64,000 nucleotides of DNA from an uncultured Gammaproteobacteria bacterium (GCA_964474445.1 CAYYSJ010000004.1:185-64184); one strand, 5' to 3'. Counted from the first letter of the stretch, positions 18,970 through 29,067 are shown. Notes: generated by a model from the sequence alone, not told the origin. Translations and numbers: made by a program.

Positions 18970-19245
18970 CTATGACAAGGATGCGCCTTTCCCATTGAGT
19001 TGTAAAAAAGGATCAGTGTTCGAAAACTCTTGTTCCTTTTCTTGCTTAGCTTTTATGATGATACTTTGCTGGGGAGGAGCAATTGTAAGTGCTGTATGTA
19101 ACTTTTGGACTTCACTTTCTTTGACACGCACATTACCCCCAATTTTTACTGCTTGTAATTTTCCTTCTCGAATATACCGTCGAATAGTAAGCGGATGTAC
19201 TTTAAAAATGAACGCGACTTGTTTGACTGATAAAAAGTTATCCAT
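18970..19245 (-). CDS. HTH (excisionase/MerR-like) DNA-binding protein, putative antitoxin
   Basis: 'LSVKQVAFIFKVHPLTIRRYIREGKLQAVKIGGNVRVKESEV' = classic HTH_17-type helix-turn-helix; 35-bp gap to PIN gene. Confidence 0.65.
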   Translation of the reverse strand: MDNFLSVKQVAFIFKVHPLTIRRYIREGKLQAVKIGGNVRVKESEVQKLHTALTIAPPQQSIIIKAKQEKEQEFSNTDPFLQLNGKGASLS

Positions 19246-19321
19246 GGTAAAGATATAAGATATGCGCTGTTAACATGTCAGTAATTTCATTGCACAAATA
19301 TCTGTTATCCACTCTCTATTA

Positions 19322-19360
19322 TCTCTATTTTTTTTCACAAAAAGCAATATGCAATTGTAT
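19322..19360. promoter_or_regulatory. Tandem ~10-bp ATGCAAT direct repeats (iteron/operator-like) in divergent promoter region
   Basis: atATGCAATtgtATGCAATtatATGCAATagtATaCAAgt: 3.5 copies at helical-turn spacing between HTH-PIN operon (-) and giant surface gene (+). Confidence 0.5.
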
Positions 19361-19435
19361 GCAATTATATGCAATAGTATACAAGTTTGTGAAAACGTTG
19401 ACATCTCACTTGAGGCTAAATCATACTACATATAT

Positions 19436-19462
19436 CGCGCGCGTATAGGCGCGCGCATGCGT
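19436..19462. promoter_or_regulatory. Alternating (CG)n palindrome/hairpin
   Basis: atcGCGCGCGtataggCGCGCGCat, perfect GC-only inverted repeat in an AT-rich intergenic region 10 nt before the ATG at 19472. Confidence 0.5.
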
Positions 19463-19471
19463 TTTTGAGGT

Positions 19472-22400
19472 ATGAGAAAAACTTCCCTGAAAAAAATAAA
19501 GAAAGTTACAGCGAAAGATGCACGACAAAATATAAGAATTTCCTTGGAAAATCTTTTCCAACTTTTCTTCATGATTCCTGTGTGGGTGATTGCTATAGGA
19601 ACGGTAGAAGTAATGGTAGCAGGGGAAGTGCATGCAGCAAATAACAACCAACAAATTAACTTCCAAGGGAAAATTGTTAACAAAACTGGAGGGACAAACA
19701 TCACTGACGGAACATACAGCTTTACGTTTAAAATCTTTGATGCTTCAAGTGGAGGAAACCAGCTATGGTCCGAAACGCAAAGTAGTGTTTCCGTGACAAA
19801 TGGCATTTTTCAAGTTGCTCTTGGCTCTACAAGTTCATTGTCATCGTTAAATTTTACCAATCCAAATCTTTGGCTTGACGTTACGTTTAACGGAGAAACA
19901 TTTGGGTCGAGAATCCAACTTGATGCTGTGCCAACAGCAATCGATGCACTTAATCTGGATGGTGTAGTTGCAACGCAGTCAGCAAGTGGTTTTAATTTAG
20001 CTGGAGGAACAAGTACTGTCTCGACAGTAGCCTTTACAACATCAGGAAATACTCTTACAGTACAACCAGGGAATGCAGGATCCTTAACAGTTCAGTCAAA
20101 TGGTGCGAATGGATTAACACTTGATACAGGGTCTGCATCTTCAGTCAGTGTCGGTACCGCTAACGCAAGTTCCATAACAATTGGAAATACTTCTGCTTCC
20201 AATAATACGGCGATTACTCTTACAACAGGTGGATCAGGCATCATTACCCTCGGTAGTAATACGGGCGTGGGAAATGTTGTTGTCCAGCCAAATGCCGGAG
20301 GACAAGCAGCGCTTCTTATTAAAGACAATGGTGCAGGAGACTTGCTAACAGCATCAGCAGGAGCAACACCAAAATTTGTTGTCTCTAATGCGGGAGTACT
20401 TTCATTAATTGGAGGACAGACAACAGATCTTGATACGATTGGCACAACAAATACCCTCAAAATTGGCACCAATAACCAAAATGGTTTAACGCTTGGAAGA
20501 AATGGGGCAGCAACAACAATTGATGGGTTAGGGCTGACAATAGGACCAACCTCATGGACAGCAACTCCAACGATTTCTGGTCTTGTCACCGCATCAAGTG
20601 GTATTTCACTTGCAGCAGGACAATCCTATACAGGCGCTGGTCTTGTTACGCTTTCTTCAGGTGCGGGTGCAGCATTAACGATTGATTCGGGGACAACAGG
20701 TGCACTGAATCTTGGTACAGGGGCAAATGGAAAAACTATTACTATTGGCAATACCGCGGCAAATACAGCACTCACTTTGACAACAGGGGGATCAGGCATC
20801 ATTACCCTCGGTAGTAATACGGGCGTGGGAAATGTGGTTATCCAGCCAAATGCAGGAGGGCAGGCAGCTTTAGTTGTGAATGACCAAGGAGGGGGAGATA
20901 TCTTTACTGCGTCTTCATCTGGAACAACACGATTGAGAATCTCAAGTACTGGTGGAGTTTTGTTTCAAGGAGATACCCTTACTTCCATTGGCAGTGGTGC
21001 TTCAGGAAATGGAAGTAATGCCGTTGAGAATGCTCTTGGAGACGAAGGAAGTATGGTGCCAAACGCTGGATTTGAATCAGCAATGAGTAACGCAATAGCG
21101 GATGGATGGTTTCCTGCAGCAACGACATCCGCTGGTGTCTTTACCCACGACAACTCAACTGCTGCAAAAGGGCAAGCATCATTAAAAGTAACCATTACAA
21201 ATTCTACTGCTGTTATTTATTCCTCATGTGTCCCTCTTTCAGGAGCAGCAGGAAAATATACCCTCAACTACTACATTAAAGGAGCAGCACCACTAGCAAA
21301 TATAGGAGCATGGATTGATGGGTATACAAGCAAAGCAAATTGTCAATCAGATAACACACCAACATTGGCAGTTGCCCAAGTGGCACCTGCAACAACGTCC
21401 TGGACGAAACGTGGAACCGGTACAACTCCAATAGGAAGTTTTGGAGCTACCGCTACATGGGGACGAGTACATTTCTTAGTGTCTTGTACGAGTGGTTGTA
21501 CAGGATCTGTTACCAATATTGATGGAGTACGACTTACAGAGAGCGATACAGGGCAAGGTCTTGACTATGCTGAAAACTATCCTGCGGATCCTCATAACGT
21601 TCCACAACCAGGGGATATTGTCTCCCTGGAAGTATTGCATGGAGTTGCTGCGGTTATCCCAGCAAGTAAGCCGCAACAAGACAGCAGCGTGATTGGTGTT
21701 GTCTCAACAAATCCAGGACAGGTGCTTGATGATGGTTCTGTTACTGACCCTAAAGTAAGCATTGCTCTTGCAGGTCGTATTCCAACGAAAGTCAGTACAC
21801 AAAATGGCCCAATCCATATTGGAGATTATCTCACCTCTTCTAATATTCCTGGTGTTGCAGTCAAAGCTGTTACCGCGGGAGACGTTGTTGGGGTTGCTAT
21901 GGAAGACTATACAGAATCAGATGCCACAGTCATTGGAAAAGTCGTTATGTTTGTTAAAAATGGATACTATGATGGTGGTAGTGGCTTGGCTGATGCTCCC
22001 GCAGGTATGACCAGTTTTCTGGGCACACAGCAAGTGACACAAGCAAGTAATCAAAATACTATCCTTAGTTCGTCAAGTAAAAGTGTATCCACACAAAGTC
22101 TTTCAGAAAACTTTCTTTCATTATCTTCTAATGGGCTTGCGACAATCTCTGGGACACTTCGTGTGAAAGAGAATGGACTTTTTGAAGGCATTGTGACAGT
22201 TCTAGACACCCTTACAACACATAATTTGATTGTTAATAGTCTATCAGACTTTTTTGATACTGTTGTCTTTCATAAGAGCGTACAATTTGCGACAGCACCA
22301 ACGTTGCCTAAAGATACAGCAGGCTTTGCTGTTATCCATAGAGGAGCAAGAAATGTTGACGTTCACTTCTCTGGTTCTTATTCACAGACACCAATCATTC

Positions 22401-22705
22401 AAGCTTCTCTAACAACACATATCACTGCTGATGCCACAGCAAGCGCACAAGCTTTGTTAAAAAACAATTATGCATTTGTTGTAACGCATGAATCATCCAA
22501 TGGGTTTGGAATTCTTCTAAATAAAGAGGCTCAGGATGATGTCTATCTTTCTTGGGTTGCACTCTCAGTTGATAAACCAAATCTTTTTGAAAGTGCTTCA
22601 ACAGTCTCTGTGTTGGGAACACAAACAACACCAACACCAGTGCCATCAATTTTTACACCAAGTTTGACAAATATACAAAGTGCGAGTGGATCGGCAGGAA
22701 AATAA
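19472..22705 (+). CDS. Large repeat-containing surface protein (1077 aa), paralogous in N- and C-terminal modules to the 3854-aa protein
   Basis: N-terminal TM; domain 'INFQGKIVNKTGG…LWSETQSSVSVTNGIFQVALGS' homologous to post-TM domain of giant protein; tandem ~186-aa repeats (TLTTGGSGIITLGSNTGVGNVV[VI]QPNAGGQAAL x2); C-terminal 'DYAENYPADPHNVPQPGDIVSL…IGVVSTNPG…IALAGRIPTKVSTQNGPIHIGDYLTSSNIPGVAVKA' module. Confidence 0.8.
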   Translation: MRKTSLKKIKKVTAKDARQNIRISLENLFQLFFMIPVWVIAIGTVEVMVAGEVHAANNNQQINFQGKIVNKTGGTNITDGTYSFTFKIFDASSGGNQLWSETQSSVSVTNGIFQVALGSTSSLSSLNFTNPNLWLDVTFNGETFGSRIQLDAVPTAIDALNLDGVVATQSASGFNLAGGTSTVSTVAFTTSGNTLTVQPGNAGSLTVQSNGANGLTLDTGSASSVSVGTANASSITIGNTSASNNTAITLTTGGSGIITLGSNTGVGNVVVQPNAGGQAALLIKDNGAGDLLTASAGATPKFVVSNAGVLSLIGGQTTDLDTIGTTNTLKIGTNNQNGLTLGRNGAATTIDGLGLTIGPTSWTATPTISGLVTASSGISLAAGQSYTGAGLVTLSSGAGAALTIDSGTTGALNLGTGANGKTITIGNTAANTALTLTTGGSGIITLGSNTGVGNVVIQPNAGGQAALVVNDQGGGDIFTASSSGTTRLRISSTGGVLFQGDTLTSIGSGASGNGSNAVENALGDEGSMVPNAGFESAMSNAIADGWFPAATTSAGVFTHDNSTAAKGQASLKVTITNSTAVIYSSCVPLSGAAGKYTLNYYIKGAAPLANIGAWIDGYTSKANCQSDNTPTLAVAQVAPATTSWTKRGTGTTPIGSFGATATWGRVHFLVSCTSGCTGSVTNIDGVRLTESDTGQGLDYAENYPADPHNVPQPGDIVSLEVLHGVAAVIPASKPQQDSSVIGVVSTNPGQVLDDGSVTDPKVSIALAGRIPTKVSTQNGPIHIGDYLTSSNIPGVAVKAVTAGDVVGVAMEDYTESDATVIGKVVMFVKNGYYDGGSGLADAPAGMTSFLGTQQVTQASNQNTILSSSSKSVSTQSLSENFLSLSSNGLATISGTLRVKENGLFEGIVTVLDTLTTHNLIVNSLSDFFDTVVFHKSVQFATAPTLPKDTAGFAVIHRGARNVDVHFSGSYSQTPIIQASLTTHITADATASAQALLKNNYAFVVTHESSNGFGILLNKEAQDDVYLSWVALSVDKPNLFESASTVSVLGTQTTPTPVPSIFTPSLTNIQSASGSAGK
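20215..20300 (+). repeat. Intragenic near-identical repeat, copy 1
   Basis: 47-bp core 20231-20277 (ggatcaggcatcattaccctcggtagtaatacgggcgtgggaaatgt) is identical to the copy at 20789-20835; flanks near-identical. Confidence 0.8.
20773..20860 (+). repeat. Intragenic near-identical repeat, copy 2 (558 bp = 186 codons downstream)
   Basis: See copy 1. Confidence 0.8.
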
Positions 22706-23270
22706 ACGGAGTAGTACGTAGCAAGGAGAATGTTTCTCCACGCATAGAAAGTTTTACTGAGAGAGTCACATCTCGGTTGCTATAAACTACTTAAAAAAAT
22801 AATTAAGGTCTCGCTTTCCACAGTCTGTGCCTTAGGCAGATTGCGAAGCAATAAAACTAAGGAGTGAAATCATTCTTCACTAACGTCTTGAATGAAAAAA
22901 GAAAGGAGGTGAATGCAGAAAAATGATACATCTTATTGTTAGTATGGTCAGGGAAGATTACCGTGTCATACGAGAGTATCTAGAAAATATTTCATTATTG
23001 TACATGTCAGAAGTTGTCTAAAGGGCAGCGGGCTAGGTGTTGAAAATTGAGCGATGGGAGCTTCTTAACCTCGTTTTTCACACTAGGCAGGACCCCTGTG
23101 AAGCATCCCTAGCCCTGTCTTTGGACATATGAGATAGATTGTACAGTGATAAAAGGCAGAGTGTCATTGCACGGTCTGCAAAAAGCGAAAACGGGAGAGT
23201 ATTATCAAAAAAAATATGCTCTACGTCTTTTTGCAGTGGGACTGGATAGATAAAAAAATCTAGAAATTGC

Positions 23271-23822
23271 ATGAAATACTCGTCGATCCTATGCTTGACA
23301 AGATTTCTGAAAATATTCCATACTGAGTTGATGTCAGAGCAAAAGGAAAATCATGAAGAAGACCTCTCTAAAAGAGGACTGCTAAAGATAAAAAATATCA
23401 TAATGGGTCTTGCTGCAGTTGCCTTGGCAGCTGCAATTGCATTTGCAGGCTATTTTTATATTCAGTATTATCAAACACAACGACTCCTAAAAAATCCTGC
23501 TCTTGCTGCAGCACAACAAACACAAGCACTACTTTCTGATATTGGTAAGTTGATTGAGCTTCCAGCGAATGAAACACCAACTATAGCAACAGTAAGCGAT
23601 GTCACTAAACTGCAAGGTCAGCCTTTTTTTGCCCACGCGAAGAATGGAGATAAAGTACTCATCTATACGAATGCAAAAAAAGCAATTCTTTATAGACCTT
23701 CACAAAATAAGATTATTGAAGTTGCACCAGTAAATATTGCAGATATAGCAACTCCAACCCCAACTCCAACTGGGATTGCAAAAAGGGCATCTCCAAGCCC
23801 GTCTCCAAGAAGTAGTAGGTAG
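23271..23822 (+). CDS. Hypothetical membrane-anchored protein with Pro/Thr-rich tail
   Basis: TM helix GLAAVALAAAIAFAGYFYI; C-terminal ATPTPTPTGIAKRASPSPSP; true start may be internal (e.g. ~23403). Confidence 0.45.
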   Translation: MKYSSILCLTRFLKIFHTELMSEQKENHEEDLSKRGLLKIKNIIMGLAAVALAAAIAFAGYFYIQYYQTQRLLKNPALAAAQQTQALLSDIGKLIELPANETPTIATVSDVTKLQGQPFFAHAKNGDKVLIYTNAKKAILYRPSQNKIIEVAPVNIADIATPTPTPTGIAKRASPSPSPRSSR

Positions 23823-24755
23823 TTTACGTACGTGGTTAGAATTAATAAGAATGAAAAATCCGCTGATGTTCTTGATCCTTTGAGATACTAAAAAGGGATA
23901 AGAAAGCCTGCCCAACTTTCTTACCCCATGTTAGTTGATGAAGTAAGAAAGCAATAAAATAGCATATAGAAATTGATTGCATTAACAATCCAATTTCATT
24001 ACTTTAGCCTCATCAATTTTCCTTGACAGGCGTCCGACTATTTGCTACTTTTGAGCTGCATTTAGTTTTTTTCCTGCCTAAAGGACTATTTGCTTTTTAA
24101 GGGCATTGCTTCTCGTACGACGAATTTATATACAGAGTAACGAAAGCGATGCTCTTTTTTTGTAAAACACGAATATTTTCGTATTTTTCAAAAAAAGATA
24201 ATTCCTTGAGCCTTCTTAGACTTTTACATCTATCTGAGCCCAACGAATTAACACAGAAATTATAAAAGAACGACTGGTATAGATAACCCTTTTTGAATCA
24301 ACTTCTCAAATTGTGCTTTCCCTTGTCTGAGTAATACTTCTTGTTTGTAGTCATCAATAGTCTTTCGAGCCATTTTTTTGTGGCTACCAAAAACAGTAAA
24401 TAAGGCAGTGAAGAGTTTCATAAGTTGCATCTATTCTATCACGAGCTGTCAAGCGTTGTCAACCTATAGCCTGTAATGACAAAAAATATGTGAGGCCTAT
24501 AATTTATATAGATTAATTTAGATTGTCATATCAATCTAAAAAATATCAATAAAAAAATGTGGATAACTTTGGGACAAAAAAATTATAACTCTTTTTTGGA
24601 GAAGAAAGCAGAGTATCTATATATAAATAGTATAAGTATAGGAAAAGGTATATTGTTTGAGAGGTATACAAAGGCAAGAAAGGAGGATAAAGTAATAGTA
24701 CTTAAGTACAATTTAAAATATCTTTCTATATCAATAATGAGTTTTGAAATAAATA

Positions 24756-25538
24756 TTATTGTGTAGAAAGAGTGGGAGATTTGAATGCTGAGGAGAAAAA
24801 CGATCGCACAGAAGGTTTGTAGTCATATGCGTCAATTGACTTAAGCCAAAGCTTAATAAGATTAGGAATATTCTTGAGAGTTGTTTTGGCTGTTGTCTGA
24901 GCGATTCGTCTATACTGTAGGGTAAAAGGAAGGTTGGTAATTTGACCATACTGAATAAGTTTGATAAGGATGTCTGAATACATCATATCCTTTTCATTGG
25001 TATTGAACTTCAATAAGTCTTTGGGGAGAAGTAATTTGTTAATCATCATAGATTCAAAGTTAATAGAAACAGTGTGTAGTGGCTTGTGATAGAGGGCATC
25101 GTATTCTTGAGGAAATCCAGTTTTACCTAGCTTTTTATTGTTTGCGTTGACTATCGTACATTGTACTCCAACAGCAACAACCTTTTCATTATCCAGAAGG
25201 AATTTCACTTGTTTGGTGAAGCGTTCTTTATAAACACTATCTTTTGCATCCATCATTGCGAGGAATTGCCCTCTTGCTCTTCTGAGAGCACGATTGAGAG
25301 TGATAGCCTTGCCATAGTGCTTTACATTACGATATATTTTGAGACGTTTATCAAATTTTCTGTAGAATTTAAGGATTTTCCATGAATCGTCTCGTGAGAA
25401 ATCATCAATTGCGATAATTTCAATATTACCATAGTTTTGAGACAGAAGGCTATCAAGACATGCAGGCAGAAATGAAGCTGCAGTAAAAACTGGAAGCAAT
25501 ACAGAAACTAACGGTTTATGGTCAACTAATGTATTCAT
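24756..25538 (-). CDS. Family-2 glycosyltransferase (GT-A fold)
   Basis: 'VSVLLPVFTAASFLPACLDSLLSQNYGNIEIIAIDDFSRDDS…' (DXD-type GT2 N-terminal signature). Confidence 0.8.
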   Translation of the reverse strand: MNTLVDHKPLVSVLLPVFTAASFLPACLDSLLSQNYGNIEIIAIDDFSRDDSWKILKFYRKFDKRLKIYRNVKHYGKAITLNRALRRARGQFLAMMDAKDSVYKERFTKQVKFLLDNEKVVAVGVQCTIVNANNKKLGKTGFPQEYDALYHKPLHTVSINFESMMINKLLLPKDLLKFNTNEKDMMYSDILIKLIQYGQITNLPFTLQYRRIAQTTAKTTLKNIPNLIKLWLKSIDAYDYKPSVRSFFSSAFKSPTLSTQ

Positions 25539-25685
25539 AGTGCGGGCAGAGTTCTGCAAAGCAGATAAGGCAGGAAATGTAGTTAGAGCAGTTTATTCAA
25601 TGAAAAGAGTCTACCAAAGAAGGGATATCTTGTCAAATTTTGAAGCTATCTGGAAGCAATAGACGGAGTTCCTTACAAAAAAGGT

Positions 25686-28600
25686 CTATTTCTTATGAAA
25701 GGACAGTCTAAAAAATTTGTTAGGAAGTAAGTTCAGAATAAAAAATATTAGTGTTCCACTAAAGAGCAACAACCCTGCATACTCCAGATATTGTGGAGTA
25801 AAAACGATAATGATATGTTCATTTTCCATTGGTTTTGGTTCATTGTTTGAAATCCTCCATCCGTTCTCCCAATTATTAACTTTCACATGATCTGTTAGTT
25901 CTTTCCCATAAAAGAAGGGGAAGAGTTCAATCAACGTTGAAGTATCACCAGATATTGCATAGGCATGCCAGCCAGGATCATAGGCTTGAGAGAGAACAAT
26001 GGTTGTTGGAGAATCCATAGAGGAAAAGTTTGTAGTAACGTCGTAGAGACTCGGATTTGGGTGAGTAAATGTAGCGTTTTGCATCACACCCTCATGCTGA
26101 TTTTTCCCCTTATCTGCAATAATCTGTGTTAGAAAATTATAGGGAATAGGGGAAAGAGAAAAGCTATCAATTCGATTTTGAGTTAGTTGTTGGCCAGTTG
26201 AGATATTATCCAGATGAAATGCATAGCCAAGATTATATTTTTCTCGTGGTGGAATGATAAAAAAGGAAGTTGTACTATTCGTTGGAAGTTGTGTATAAAG
26301 AAATGAAAATTGTTCCGACGGGTCTTCTGCCCAAAAAGCTAAGGGTTCCCCAATCATATGTGTACTTTTTACACTGAGAAGATAGCCTTGATTGCTTTGT
26401 GCTTCTTTATCAAAGAATGAGAGACATGCATCTGCATGAATAGCAGAAAGTGTAAGGGATCCTTTTTCCATCTTTGCAACCTGAACATTACCCTGGGAAA
26501 TGGTATTGCAGTTGAAAATGTTTGAGCTGGTAAGTTGTGGAGCAAAGGTTGCATATGATTTTGGAATTTGTATCTCTATAGGAAATGGTATAGAAGAGGT
26601 AAGTGCAATACTGATTGGTTTTGAGAAAGCTTCCTGAACTTTATCCTTAGGGAGGATAGTGCTTACGCTCCCTTTTTGTGCATCTACTGCTGTAACATAC
26701 GTATCTTGCGCAATAGGAAGAAGAAATATCCCAAGATTTGTTGATGTATCTGTCTGCAAGACGACAGGGGGCTGGTTGTTAACACTAACCATCAGAGGAA
26801 ATGCTGCCTGGTCAGGTAACGTAAAGAGCGGATAGGTGAGAGTTTCTCCTGATAAAGTCTGACCGCCAATAATGATGTGGGGAATTTGCAGAACAAGAGC
26901 AACTTCTTTCGTATCTTTGGTATATATAAGATTTGCTTGTATGAAAGACTCAAGAAGAGCAAATGATGGAATAGTAACATGATGTACATCAGCAGGAAGG
27001 GTACTCGAAAGTGTCATTATTGAGCTACTCTCTGTAATTGTTACCGGTATTTCCTGTTGGGACCTATTGGTAAAAAGAGACCGAAACGGCATGACGAAGT
27101 TAGCCTCAGTGTTTGCAATGTAGTTACCGTGCAGTTGATAAAAGACATCATTATCACCCCACTGATATGGATTAACAGAAGGGAGATTATCTGCAGTAAA
27201 AATAGGTGAAGTAGGAAGAGCAAAAAGAGTCACTTTACCGAATTGTTTTATTTGTCTGGCACCAATTTGTGAGAGCATATTTTTTGTTTCTGCAAACTGT
27301 ACTGTTCTGGGAGCGAAAGGGTAGATAACATGCTCATCAAGGAGAATTAATCCAACTTGGTATTTCTCGAAAACTTTTTTCAATGTATCAGCATTATGCG
27401 AATAGAGGGCCTGTGATAGTTCCCAATAGTAATTTTCGTTGTAGTTACTCCAAGGATCAAAAGACCGCTCGAGTGTTGCCTGCGGAATTCCATACCAAAG
27501 AAATCCAGATCCCCGGTAATTATTGTCATAATACTCCCAGTTATAGAAGGTTGGTTGAGGAAATATCGCAATCCGTTGAGGAGTAGGCTGACTACTGAGG
27601 AAATTGATAACGTCTTTATGTTCCGGTTCCATTGTCATTCGTACGCTGTCAAAAAGGAAATGTCCCCAAAAAACAGGAAGGGAAAATAACACCAGAAGGA
27701 GAGAAAAAGTTGTTATCACTCCTGTGGAGCTATGATGGACAGCAAAGCGAAGAGTTGGCTTTTCCCATTTTGTGATAAATTTCTTGAATATATTTTGTTT
27801 AGAGAGTCGTTGTTTGGTTTTTTGCATGTAGATTGCAAGTCTCATGACACTCTCTTTCTTTTGCGAGTACTCTAAGAGATTCTGGAATCCAACACTCAAA
27901 AGAATTGTGTAGGAAAAGGAAAAAAGTGTTTCGAACTTGGTAAAAGGAAATCGAAAAGCCTCATTAAAGACAGGCAAAAGGAATCGTAGTATTGCGTTAA
28001 TAACATTTAATCCCCATATGTCGTTACCAAGAAAGAAAAAGCTGATAGCAAAAGTCACAACGAAAGGATAAAACCCAAGATTTTTTGTTTGCATAATAAG
28101 AAAAAGTCCATAGAGCATGAGAAGTGCAAAAAGAAAACTGGGCAAAATAAAAAGAGGAGTTGTCGTATATTGTCTCCACTCCTGCATAATATAGCTGTAC
28201 TGCTGGTTGGTAAATTCTGCTGTATCTAACATAAAACCTTTAAACGTCATCACATCGATAAGGTTGCCCCTATTTTTATTCGTTAAATAAATTTTATTGC
28301 TTGCCATCTGGTTGATTTTGGAATGCATAATTATCGGTGCATTCTGTGGAATACCATAGAGATAGGGGAGAAGCCAAAATGCATTGATACAAAAGATAAC
28401 TCCCAGGACTTTTACAATAATCGAAATAACTGTTTTTCTATTAACCCACCAATAAATTCCCAGGATTGCAAAAATGAGGAAAAGATAACTGATAAAAATT
28501 TGTGGCACAAATCCTTGAGGTGTTGCTAGAAAAGAAAGAAATGTAAACACCGCAAGGTTTTTCCGGATAGGAAATTGTAAATATAAGAAAAGAGACCAAA

Positions 28601-29066
28601 CAAGAAGAGGCAAAAAAGCAAAATGAATAGCAAAGACTTCAAGTGGTGCATAAAACAGTTGTACAACTCCAAGATTAAAACCGTAAAACAATGCGCCAGG
28701 AAGAGCAACTGATTTTTGTTTGAGAAGTCGGTGGAGCAGAAGATACATTCCAAAAATACCGAGGAAATGCATGAGGAAAATAAAGACATATCGAAGGAGG
28801 TCTTGTGGTAAGACAAAACTCATGAACCACAAAAAGAGTGTGTGGACAAAATTTGAGGCATAGGACATACCGTCATAGAGGCCAACACCACGGTATTCCT
28901 GCCAGATCGCAAAAATATTCCTTTGAAGATTTACTGAGAAATTAAGCTCGGGATAGAGGCCATCCCACCCAGCAAGATACGTACCAGGCCGATAATTAGT
29001 AAAAAATAGGATGAGTTCTATGAGGAGTAGCAGACCTAGTGGCCAGAATTTTTTCAGTCTTTGCAT
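25686..29066 (-). CDS. Large polytopic membrane protein, YfhO-like GT-C glycosyltransferase candidate (1126 aa)
   Basis: >12 predicted TM helices in N-terminal ~480 aa ('AGWDGLYPELNF…' start region reminiscent of YfhO family) followed by ~600-aa extracytoplasmic domain and a C-terminal TM. Confidence 0.55.
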   Translation of the reverse strand: MQRLKKFWPLGLLLLIELILFFTNYRPGTYLAGWDGLYPELNFSVNLQRNIFAIWQEYRGVGLYDGMSYASNFVHTLFLWFMSFVLPQDLLRYVFIFLMHFLGIFGMYLLLHRLLKQKSVALPGALFYGFNLGVVQLFYAPLEVFAIHFAFLPLLVWSLFLYLQFPIRKNLAVFTFLSFLATPQGFVPQIFISYLFLIFAILGIYWWVNRKTVISIIVKVLGVIFCINAFWLLPYLYGIPQNAPIIMHSKINQMASNKIYLTNKNRGNLIDVMTFKGFMLDTAEFTNQQYSYIMQEWRQYTTTPLFILPSFLFALLMLYGLFLIMQTKNLGFYPFVVTFAISFFFLGNDIWGLNVINAILRFLLPVFNEAFRFPFTKFETLFSFSYTILLSVGFQNLLEYSQKKESVMRLAIYMQKTKQRLSKQNIFKKFITKWEKPTLRFAVHHSSTGVITTFSLLLVLFSLPVFWGHFLFDSVRMTMEPEHKDVINFLSSQPTPQRIAIFPQPTFYNWEYYDNNYRGSGFLWYGIPQATLERSFDPWSNYNENYYWELSQALYSHNADTLKKVFEKYQVGLILLDEHVIYPFAPRTVQFAETKNMLSQIGARQIKQFGKVTLFALPTSPIFTADNLPSVNPYQWGDNDVFYQLHGNYIANTEANFVMPFRSLFTNRSQQEIPVTITESSSIMTLSSTLPADVHHVTIPSFALLESFIQANLIYTKDTKEVALVLQIPHIIIGGQTLSGETLTYPLFTLPDQAAFPLMVSVNNQPPVVLQTDTSTNLGIFLLPIAQDTYVTAVDAQKGSVSTILPKDKVQEAFSKPISIALTSSIPFPIEIQIPKSYATFAPQLTSSNIFNCNTISQGNVQVAKMEKGSLTLSAIHADACLSFFDKEAQSNQGYLLSVKSTHMIGEPLAFWAEDPSEQFSFLYTQLPTNSTTSFFIIPPREKYNLGYAFHLDNISTGQQLTQNRIDSFSLSPIPYNFLTQIIADKGKNQHEGVMQNATFTHPNPSLYDVTTNFSSMDSPTTIVLSQAYDPGWHAYAISGDTSTLIELFPFFYGKELTDHVKVNNWENGWRISNNEPKPMENEHIIIVFTPQYLEYAGLLLFSGTLIFFILNLLPNKFFRLSFHKK

Positions 29067-29067
29067 A

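Noticed and set aside
20092-20589. 165-aa minus-strand ORF inside the 1077-aa surface gene
   Set aside because: Antisense to a repeat-rich coding region; Pro/Val-rich artefact.
24259-24420. 54-codon minus-strand ORF (MKLFTALFTVFGSHKKMARKTIDDYKQEVLLRQGKAQFEKLIQKGLSIPVVLL) in the 23.8-24.75-kb spacer
   Set aside because: Plausible small protein but no RBS or motif support and below the ORF-track threshold. Mentioned only as a possibility.
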